A stretch of 32,000 nucleotides of DNA from Algibacter ulvanivorans (lineage in GTDB: Bacteria > Bacteroidota > Bacteroidia > Flavobacteriales > Flavobacteriaceae): assembly GCF_048381495.1 (NCBI RefSeq), contig NZ_JBLWGD010000001.1, forward strand, positions 485,151 through 517,150. Direction: 5' to 3'. The position numbers and the translations under genes are program-made. Position 1 is the stretch's first letter, and every line of letters begins with the position of its first letter. The notes beneath the pieces are model-generated. The model was not told the origin of the DNA, searched no databases, and was given only the letters and a program-made list of their open reading frames with translations. Below, piece after piece: positions 8,359-15,084 of this stretch.

Positions 8359-8529
8359 CCATTCAGCACATTTCCTTCCATTCCGTAAAAACTACATTCC
8401 AGAAAAAGAGCTTCTTTAACAAAGGTCCTGGACCTAATCCAAACTTTTCACTTTCCATTTTCGTTAACCCTTTCTGCTTCGCTGGAAAGGAACACTTCAT
8501 TTCAAGTAAAAAGCGTGAATCAAGTCCGC
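8359..8529 (+). repeat. Repeat family B, copy 2 (about 170 nt)
   Basis: See copy 1. It carries a 15-16 nt insertion after the CCATTCC block and a different hairpin sequence at the equivalent position (8469-8490). Confidence 0.8.
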
Positions 8530-8610
8530 CAAATAGGATTAAAAATTTATTTGCGTTTTGTCCCACTTCCTATGATTCTGTATTTCACAAAAGATTTAGA
8601 ATCACATCCT

Positions 8611-8766
8611 GAGCCACAACTGTCTTACTTTTTTTGTCAGCAAAACAACAACATTCAGCTTTGAACGACAGCATAATCAGGCTCGTGCCTCGCACTTTTT
8701 ATATTTCTATATAAACCGAATATTGAACAGCACAACGCAACAAAAAGAAGGTAACAGCGGTGGCTC
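8611..8766 (+). promoter_or_regulatory. Long imperfect hairpin (about 156 nt) upstream of ssb
   Basis: 8611-8617 pairs with 8760-8766 (7 bp), 8620-8623 with 8754-8757 (4 bp), and 8626-8635 with 8744-8753 (10 bp including two G:T). This closes a 108-nt interior. Confidence 0.45.
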
Positions 8767-8944
8767 TATGGGAAGTAAATCTAAAATGAATCTTATGAAA
8801 TCTTACAAAATCAATAAAAAGGAAGCGGAACAAAAGTTAAAAAAACAAAAAAAGGAAAACGCTCGGGATATAATAAGTAAATCAATAACAAAGCCTTTCT
8901 GAATGGTTCAGTTAGGTCAATATTAATCTTTAAATTTTTTAATT

Positions 8945-9298
8945 ATGAGTACTCTAAGAAACAAAGTACAGTTAATTGGCAACGTAGGAAACGAACCAGA
9001 AATCACAAACCTTGACAACAACAAGAAAGTTGCAAAATTTTCAATAGCTACAAATGAAAGCTATAAAAATGCACAAGGCGAAAAAGTGACCAACACCCAA
9101 TGGCACAATATTTTGGCATGGGGTAAGATTGCCGAAATCGTAGAAAAATATGTAGGCAAAGGAAAAGAAGTGGCGTTAGAGGGAAAATTGACCTCACGCT
9201 CGTATGAAACTAAAGAGGGAGAAAAAAGATACGTTACCGAAGTGGTCGTAGATGAAATTTTGCTTTTAGGAATTAAAGGCGATAACGCTTCTGAATAA
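8945..9298 (+). CDS. ssb: Single-stranded DNA-binding protein (short, element-borne)
   Basis: OB-fold signature: NKVQLIGNVGNEPE..., FSIATNESYKN..GEKVTNTQWHNILAWGKIAE, VALEGKLTSRSYE...GEKRYVTEVVVDEI. The protein is 117 aa. Confidence 0.9.
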   Translation: MSTLRNKVQLIGNVGNEPEITNLDNNKKVAKFSIATNESYKNAQGEKVTNTQWHNILAWGKIAEIVEKYVGKGKEVALEGKLTSRSYETKEGEKRYVTEVVVDEILLLGIKGDNASE

Positions 9299-9307
9299 CT
9301 AAAATTA

Positions 9308-9346
9308 AAAGAGGGCGTTCCTGTGGAAAGATGCGCCCTCTTTTTC
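9308..9346 (+). terminator. Rho-independent terminator after ssb
   Basis: AAAGAGGGCG (9308-9317) pairs with CGCCCTCTTT (9334-9343), followed by TTTC. Confidence 0.85.
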
Positions 9347-9374
9347 ATTATTAATCTTATTAAATAGAATTACA

Positions 9375-9755
9375 ATGAATGATAAAGGTAACAAAATAAA
9401 AGCCGAATTACAACATTTTTGCGGTACAGAAATGTTCTTTAAAATCCCATTGATTGGAACTCGGTTTACAGACGGATTGAAATATTTAGCAGACAAAGCG
9501 CAATGCTTTTGGCTCATTACAGATGCATCAGTAATTGCAAAAAGTCTATCAAATAGAAGTGAATTTATTACGGTAGATTTTAAGCGACTTTCTGAAAAAG
9601 AATAGTTTGAAAAGCAATGCGAAGCTATCATAAATTATAGCGATGGAAACGATAAAATTTTTGAAACGCACAGATATAATGTAACCAATTTTCCATTGGA
9701 CGAATTGCGTTTATTTTTTGTAAATAATACGCTAATGCTTCCAAGCGAATATTAG
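9375..9755 (+). pseudogene. Small conserved leading-region gene interrupted by one in-frame TAG (9603-9605)
   Basis: The 76-codon ORF 9375-9605 continues in frame for 49 stop-free codons (FEKQCEAIINYSDGNDKIFETHRYNVTNFPLDELRLFFVNNTLMLPSEY) to TAG 9753-9755. The N-terminal HFCGTE...FTDGLKYLADKAQCFWL and C-terminal LPSEY resemble what I recall of DUF6876-type proteins, which I could not verify. Confidence 0.5.
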
Positions 9756-9759
9756 TGTT

Positions 9760-9957
9760 ATGGTTTATATAAATTATAATAATCTAGATGACGAAACACA
9801 ACAACGTTTGGTTTCGGTTTCCAAAAAAGATGTTGAGCAGAAATTTGGAAATGATTTGAAGAGATACGTCGAAGAAAATCATATAGAATATGATACACTT
9901 TTGGAAGAAGAAGCAATAAGGAACCTATATTCTTATAACTATGTTTTTAATATTTAA
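9760..9957 (+). CDS. Hypothetical small acidic protein (65 aa)
   Basis: ORF with ATG 4 nt after the preceding stop and a terminator hairpin after it. By my count it has 13 Asp/Glu against 7 Lys/Arg. No family recognised. Confidence 0.45.
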   Translation: MVYINYNNLDDETQQRLVSVSKKDVEQKFGNDLKRYVEENHIEYDTLLEEEAIRNLYSYNYVFNI

Positions 9958-9975
9958 TAGACACTTAATAACCTC

Positions 9976-10006
9976 AAGACCTTTAATTTTTTAGAGGTCT
10001 TCTTTT
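9976..10006 (+). terminator. Terminator-like hairpin after the 65-aa ORF
   Basis: AAGACCTTT (9976-9984) pairs with AGAGGTCTT (9993-10001, one G:T), followed by CTTTT. Confidence 0.6.
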
Positions 10007-10117
10007 ATGCGCTCATTTTATATTTTGCAATAAAAAGAGCCATTCATTAAAGATACTTTTAAACTTCAAGAATAAGACTCTTAAAAAATCGAATTACAAT
10101 TAATATTGGTAAAAAAG

Positions 10118-10150
10118 CCATTACATTTTTGGATGTAATGGTATTTTTTT
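10118..10150 (+). terminator. Second strong hairpin plus T-run in the ssb-side/mob intergenic region
   Basis: CCATTACAT (10118-10126) pairs with ATGTAATGG (10133-10141), followed by TATTTTTTTT. Confidence 0.6.
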
Positions 10151-10151
10151 T

Positions 10152-10167
10152 GTCCAGCGAGCTGGAC
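10152..10167. other. GC-rich inverted repeat; candidate oriT element upstream of the mob genes
   Basis: GTCCAGC-GA-GCTGGAC is a perfect 7-bp inverted repeat in otherwise AT-rich DNA, about 180 nt upstream of the mobilization genes. Its role is inferred from position only. Confidence 0.3.
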
Positions 10168-10347
10168 GAAAAGGAATAGCAAGAGGGTAACACGCTGACG
10201 CGATGTTTCAATATTCAGTTTTTTTAAAAACACTAGTAAAATCAATGCTTAACAGTAATTGATTGTTTTGATTTTTAAAATTTTAGCATCGTTTTTTCAA
10301 AAAAAAGCCTCTGAGCCCAATAAAAACAACAAATTTTTTCAGAAAAA

Positions 10348-10740
10348 ATGGATAAAGGATTTGAAAAAGAGCGATTTGAGAAGCTAGGAATTAAGGTTTC
10401 TGTAGCAGATAGATTTCGAAAATTTTGTAAAAAAATGTCAAAATCACAATCAATGACATTGTTATTAATGCTCGATTTTTTTGAAGAAAATGGCATTTCG
10501 CCAAACGAAACTTTAGGTCCAAATATGCAAACTTTAGAGAGCGAAATCAAGAAAAGAATCAATGCAGTAATTGCCATAATAAAGGACATTGAAAAGCATC
10601 ATAACAAACCTACAACTGCGATGTTGCAATCCTTGTTTATGGAGTTTGAACCCAAAGAAAAGAAGCTCATTTTGGAGAAAGAAATAAAGGAAAAGAAAGT
10701 TCAGTTTGTAGAAAAACTAGACTCAAATAATCAATTATAA
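10348..10740 (+). CDS. Mobilization accessory protein (BfmA/BtgA-like)
   Basis: 130 aa, basic and helical, lying 4 nt upstream of the relaxase-like gene. The layout matches Bacteroidota btgA/btgB-type mob pairs. Assignment is by recall and context. Confidence 0.55.
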   Translation: MDKGFEKERFEKLGIKVSVADRFRKFCKKMSKSQSMTLLLMLDFFEENGISPNETLGPNMQTLESEIKKRINAVIAIIKDIEKHHNKPTTAMLQSLFMEFEPKEKKLILEKEIKEKKVQFVEKLDSNNQL

Positions 10741-10744
10741 AATT

Positions 10745-11773
10745 ATGTATATCACAATAACAGCTCAAAAATTAGAAGGGAATTATTCACAAAGTTCTGC
10801 CGATTTTGTGGAGTATCTGGAGAAGGAAAATCAAAATTTAGAGCAAGAAAATGTAGAGCATTTTTTTAACCAATATGGAGACGAAATTAGTGCTAAAGAA
10901 GTGGTAAAAGAAATCGATGGAAATACCTCAAAACTCAAAAAGAAAGAACCAAAATTTTATTCCATAACCGTAAGTCCAAGTCAATCTGAATTAAGAAAAT
11001 TACAACACAATTCCGAAGATTTAAAAAAGTACACAAGAACGATAATGAATGATTATGCAAAGTCATTTAATAGAGAAATAAATGGCAAACCGATAACCGT
11101 TGATGACATAAAATATTTTGCCAAAATTGAACATCAACGAACCTTTAAAGGCACAGATAAACAAGTGCGAGAGAACCAACCTTTTGCCACAAAAACACTT
11201 CAGCTAAAAACCGATATTAGAAAAATTGAGAATGGTCAGTTGGAGGGTAATATTAAAAAAATGAAATCCCAAATAGCAAAGTTAGAATCTGAAGCACCAC
11301 ATCATCAAAACGGAAAACGTATTGTTCAAGGGATGAAAAAAGAGGGGAATCAAAGTCATATTCACATCATTGTAAGTAGAAAAGATATGTCAGATTCTGT
11401 AAGCTTATCGCCAGGATCTAAACACAAAGCTTCAGAAGTTGAGATGCACGGAAAACTAGTAAGACGTGGATTTGATAGAGATGCGTTTTTTGAGAAGGCG
11501 GAAAAAACGTTCGATAAAACTTTTGGATATAAACGAAACTATGCAGAATCATACAAATCAAAGAAAGATTTCATCAAGAATCCCAAGCTCTACTTTACTA
11601 CATTATTAGGATTGCCAGCAAGCGAAAAAGCAGTTGCCTTTAAAATGCTTGCAAAATATGGAGTGCCAATTATGAGTGTTCCAACCAATCAAGTTCAAGT
11701 TGCCCTAAAAACATTGAGGTATTTAAAACGAGGCATGGAAGTAGCAATTAAATCTGGCTCAATAGGAATATAA
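10745..11773 (+). CDS. Mobilization relaxase-like protein (BtgB/MobB-type, Bacteroidota)
   Basis: The N-terminus MYITITAQK...SSADFVEYLEKEN is typical of this family as I recall it. The histidine motif HIHIIVSRKD fits a relaxase HxH-type metal site. Confidence 0.6.
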   Translation: MYITITAQKLEGNYSQSSADFVEYLEKENQNLEQENVEHFFNQYGDEISAKEVVKEIDGNTSKLKKKEPKFYSITVSPSQSELRKLQHNSEDLKKYTRTIMNDYAKSFNREINGKPITVDDIKYFAKIEHQRTFKGTDKQVRENQPFATKTLQLKTDIRKIENGQLEGNIKKMKSQIAKLESEAPHHQNGKRIVQGMKKEGNQSHIHIIVSRKDMSDSVSLSPGSKHKASEVEMHGKLVRRGFDRDAFFEKAEKTFDKTFGYKRNYAESYKSKKDFIKNPKLYFTTLLGLPASEKAVAFKMLAKYGVPIMSVPTNQVQVALKTLRYLKRGMEVAIKSGSIGI

Positions 11774-11774
11774 T

Positions 11775-12143
11775 ATGGAAATGCAAGGTATTACTTTTAC
11801 AATTGGGTTGCTACTAGGAATGAGCTTAGTCTTTTCTAGTTTGTTCAAACTGACACGCTATGCATTTTCAATAAATCTACTTTTAACTGTAATGTGTTTA
11901 GGACTGCTTTTCAGAATGAATTATTTTTTGATGCAATGGTTTATCCAACTGTTATATATAGGTTGTCCATTATTACTTATCAACACGGTTCTATATGTGT
12001 TTCTTCATAAGGAAAATGAAAATTTTGATACTCAAGAAAAACACCAGGTCCATTTTAAAGTAGCGTTGTCTTTTAACTTCTTTTCTAATAGTCATAAAGA
12101 AATAAATAAGGAATGTTATAGAAAGAAATATTGGAATGATTAA
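11775..12143 (+). CDS. Hypothetical small membrane protein, start coupled to the relaxase stop
   Basis: ATG lies 1 nt after the relaxase TAA. There are three hydrophobic helices in the first 75 or so aa. The last 50 or so codons overlap the convergent ORF 11991-12539, so the true extent is uncertain. Confidence 0.4.
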   Translation: MEMQGITFTIGLLLGMSLVFSSLFKLTRYAFSINLLLTVMCLGLLFRMNYFLMQWFIQLLYIGCPLLLINTVLYVFLHKENENFDTQEKHQVHFKVALSFNFFSNSHKEINKECYRKKYWND

Positions 12144-12539
12144 GTATAGGCTTCGTGCAAAATTCAATGATTTGGTATAATAAAAAGGGATTACAAAAAG
12201 TAAAATAAAAGTAGTAGATAGTACTAATGTCAAGTTTTTAATTTTAAAAAATTTATTAGGGGTAATAATATTGAATTCTTGGTATAAGTACCATACTAGA
12301 TAAACACACATAATTATAGATATGCTATAGGTGGCAATATATTGTATGAAAAGAGGTCTAGGTAACGATGTGTTTGGAAGTAGACCATTCAGTAGGTTAT
12401 ACAGAAGAAACAATATGGCTAAAATCAAATAACTATAAGAAGCTTTGTTAGTTTTGCGTTTACTAAAGACTATTTTTAAAAGTTGAAAAATAATAATGAT
12501 ACCAATTACAATGCACATAAAAAGTACTATCCAATGCAT
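11991..12539 (-). CDS. Polytopic membrane protein, possibly a truncated sensor-type N-terminal domain
   Basis: Five to six hydrophobic helices are followed by a basic stretch (RKEVKRQRY). No soluble output domain follows. The 3' end overlaps 11775-12143. Confidence 0.45.
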   Translation of the reverse strand: MHWIVLFMCIVIGIIIIFQLLKIVFSKRKTNKASYSYLILAILFLLYNLLNGLLPNTSLPRPLFIQYIATYSISIIMCVYLVWYLYQEFNIITPNKFFKIKNLTLVLSTTFILLFVIPFYYTKSLNFARSLYLIIPIFLSITFLIYFFMTIRKEVKRQRYFKMDLVFFLSIKIFIFLMKKHI

Positions 12540-12684
12540 TGATGATGAATATTCGTATTGGGGTGTAAAATGATATGTTTGCTCTTGGGGCTGTATATAA
12601 GTGGTTGAAATACAAAATCTTATATTTTATTTTTATTACAGTTAAAGATACTATATATTAGTGTTAATTAAAAATTAGCTCAAA

Positions 12685-13665
12685 ATGTTGTTAAATAAAT
12701 ACGACTTAGGTTTTTTTCCGACACCACTTGAACGATTAGAAAATCTATCTAATGAATATCCTTATTATAATTTATTTATTAAACGAGATGACAACACGGG
12801 ATTAGCTTCAGGTGGAAATAAAACAAGGAAATTACAATACTTTATTTATGATGCATTGGAAAAAGGGTACGATACTATTATTACTGCTGGAGCTCAACAA
12901 TCCAATCATTGCAGACAAACAGCAGCAGCTTGTGCTAAAGCGGGTTTAGAATGTCATTTGCTTTTAGGGGGAGAAGAACCGGGAAACTATAAAGGTAATT
13001 TGTTATTATCACATTTATTGGGTGCTAATATTCATTTTACAGGAGATAATAGAAAAGGCGAGGATATACTAAAATTAAAACAAGACTTAGAAACTCAGAA
13101 AAAAAATGTTTATGAGATACCTTATGGTGGTTCAAACCTATTGGGAGCATTCGGTTTTGTTGATGCAATCAAAGAATTAAAACAACAAGTTTTAGAGCTA
13201 AATTTAAAAATCGATTATGTTTTTTTCGCATCAAGTTCGGGTGGAACACAAGCTGGACTTAAACTTGGTATTGACTTATATGGATTAGATATTAAACTAA
13301 GACCTATTAGTATTGATAAAATAGGAGTGGGAGATAAAACATTAGATGAAGCTGTTCTAGAAATTTTGCATCAAGGTCAAAAAGAATTAAGCATTCAAAA
13401 AGAATATTCCATTAAAGATGCAAAACTTATTAGAGGTTATGATAAACCAGGTTATGCTGTAATTACTCAAAATGAAAAGAAAGCAATAAAGCAGTTGGCT
13501 CAAAAAGAAGGCATATTATTAGACCCTGTTTATTCTGGTAGAGCTTTTTATGGAATGTTAGATTATCTTGAAAAAAATAAGTTAGAGAAAAACACAAATG
13601 TGCTGTTTTGGCATACTGGCGGATTACCTGCAAATTTTTATTATTCCGAAGAACTTAAAAAGTAA
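12685..13665 (+). CDS. PLP-dependent D-cysteine desulfhydrase / ACC deaminase-family enzyme
   Basis: TPLERL, GGNKTRKLQYF (PLP-lysine motif), AGAQQSNHCRQTAAA, SSSGGTQAGL, and a length of 326 aa. Confidence 0.85.
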   Translation: MLLNKYDLGFFPTPLERLENLSNEYPYYNLFIKRDDNTGLASGGNKTRKLQYFIYDALEKGYDTIITAGAQQSNHCRQTAAACAKAGLECHLLLGGEEPGNYKGNLLLSHLLGANIHFTGDNRKGEDILKLKQDLETQKKNVYEIPYGGSNLLGAFGFVDAIKELKQQVLELNLKIDYVFFASSSGGTQAGLKLGIDLYGLDIKLRPISIDKIGVGDKTLDEAVLEILHQGQKELSIQKEYSIKDAKLIRGYDKPGYAVITQNEKKAIKQLAQKEGILLDPVYSGRAFYGMLDYLEKNKLEKNTNVLFWHTGGLPANFYYSEELKK

Positions 13666-13666
13666 T

Positions 13667-14881
13667 TTAAAAGTTAATCACACTTTCTAAAGCATCGTCC
13701 GCTTCCTTATGGATAAAGTTGGCTTGGTAGTTAATTGTAGTAGAGAGAGAAGAGTGTCTATAAAGTTTTTGAAGCGCCTTGATTGAAATTTTATCTTCCG
13801 AAATATGTCCAAATGTATGTCTAGCGATGTGCATTGTCAACTTCTTTTTAATACCTGCTTTTAAAGCAATAGATTTCATGTTTTTGTTAAACTTTTTATT
13901 AGCAGTTTTAATTTTGTTATAAAGGTCTTTGGGATTATCAAGATTAGCCTTTTTTAATTCTGGAAATATAAAATCATTATCATTATTTCTATTGCAGACA
14001 TATTTTTCTAAAAGTTTATCGATTTTTGAAGGTATTTTAAGAGAAAGTAATTTTGAATTTTTACCCATCCTGTAGTGTAGTCTGCCATCATAAATTTGTG
14101 ACCATCGCGTTTTTAATACATCAGCCACTCTCATACCAGCAAAATAAAAGCTAAATAGCCACACGTTTAAAGAATGACGCTCAACGTCAGATAAGTTTTC
14201 TAAGCCCTCTATGGTTTTTAATTCTTTCTTTGAAAGACCGATTTTGATAGTTTCTGGAAACTTGATTTTAAATTTGCCTGGACCAAAAGAATAAAGCTCT
14301 TTACTAACAACCTTATCCTTAATTGCTCTATTAAATAATAGTCTTATCAGTACCATTACATTCATTGCTGTAGTTTCGGTAAGTGAACAAGTGCCTTTTA
14401 AATATATCTTGAATTTTTTGAGAAATCGTTCGTCTATTTCTTGAAAAGTTAGGTGTCTTACTTTGCAATACTTTTCTATATAACTTACCCAAGCTGAGTC
14501 TGTAGAAAGACGATTCATTTTCCCTTCAACTTCAAGTGCTTCTAAATGCTCATCAACAAAATCAAAAAATGTTAGGTTTGAAGAAGGTTTGTAAATCTCT
14601 TTTTTTATTTGATTTGCAGACGCATCTCTATTGTTAGTTTGAAGTTTGATTAATCCTTTCCTAGCTTCTGAAAGTTTAGAAGCTAAAAGATTGTTTAGAC
14701 TTTCAGCATTAGAATGAGACTTTTTAACTTTAGTGTTTTTTGAATCCCAATATTCTATATCGATGTAATGGCCGATAAGTTTATAAGTAGAACGTCGATT
14801 TTTTGTAATGCGAATTGCAAGAGGATATAACCCATTAGCATTGGGTTTCTTTCTTAGAACTATTTTTGCACTTGCTGACAT
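13667..14881 (-). CDS. Tyrosine-type site-specific integrase with N-terminal arm-binding domain
   Basis: Catalytic-domain motifs AGMRVADV (Arg), HIARHTFGH (HxxR) and LYRHSSLSTTINY (His...Tyr). The N-terminal region resembles Bacteroidota arm-DNA-binding domains. It is adjacent to the tRNA fragment. Confidence 0.92.
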   Translation of the reverse strand: MSASAKIVLRKKPNANGLYPLAIRITKNRRSTYKLIGHYIDIEYWDSKNTKVKKSHSNAESLNNLLASKLSEARKGLIKLQTNNRDASANQIKKEIYKPSSNLTFFDFVDEHLEALEVEGKMNRLSTDSAWVSYIEKYCKVRHLTFQEIDERFLKKFKIYLKGTCSLTETTAMNVMVLIRLLFNRAIKDKVVSKELYSFGPGKFKIKFPETIKIGLSKKELKTIEGLENLSDVERHSLNVWLFSFYFAGMRVADVLKTRWSQIYDGRLHYRMGKNSKLLSLKIPSKIDKLLEKYVCNRNNDNDFIFPELKKANLDNPKDLYNKIKTANKKFNKNMKSIALKAGIKKKLTMHIARHTFGHISEDKISIKALQKLYRHSSLSTTINYQANFIHKEADDALESVINF

Positions 14882-14962
14882 CGTTGACCTGTTTTTGCGA
14901 AAGTCAAATCAGGATATCGTTTTTAAAGTACTATTGTAAATATACAAATTATAATCTGCATT

Positions 14963-14984
14963 TAGGTACAACATAGGTACAACA
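14963..14984 (+). repeat. Perfect tandem 11-mer TAGGTACAACA x2; candidate arm-type integrase binding sites
   Basis: 14963-14973 and 14974-14984 are identical. They lie between the int start and the att core, and the 10-bp palindrome TTGATATCAA follows at 14989-14998. Confidence 0.45.
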
Positions 14985-15084
14985 AATATTGATATCAACT
15001 GATATTATGTGACTTCAAAGAAAATCACAAAACCTTTAAATCATTGAAAATGAGTGTATTTGTGTTTCTTTGATGCAATATACG

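Noticed and set aside
4678-8529. CRISPR array or IS-element terminal repeats as an explanation for repeat families A and B
   Set aside because: There are only two copies per family, each 130-170 nt long, in direct orientation and separated by genes rather than short spacers. No transposase is present and no terminal inverted repeats were seen.
8363-8566. 67-aa minus-strand ORF inside repeat B2
   Set aside because: The paralogous copy B1 has indels and no corresponding ORF of 60 aa or more. The conservation pattern (palindrome covariation, a hairpin swapped for an unrelated one) fits a non-coding element better.
6405-9605. Alternative genetic code (TAA/TAG reassignment) as the cause of the two in-frame stops
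   Set aside because: The long, motif-verified genes in the window terminate normally at TAA or TAG and need no internal reassignment. Two isolated cases using different stop codons fit nonsense mutations better.
9061-9631. Minus-strand ORFs 9061-9348 and 9305-9631
   Set aside because: They are antisense to ssb, which has a clear OB-fold signature, and to the conserved small gene. One of them also spans the ssb terminator.
10275-10589. 104-aa minus-strand ORF
   Set aside because: It is antisense to the mobilization accessory gene, which is tightly coupled to the relaxase-like gene.
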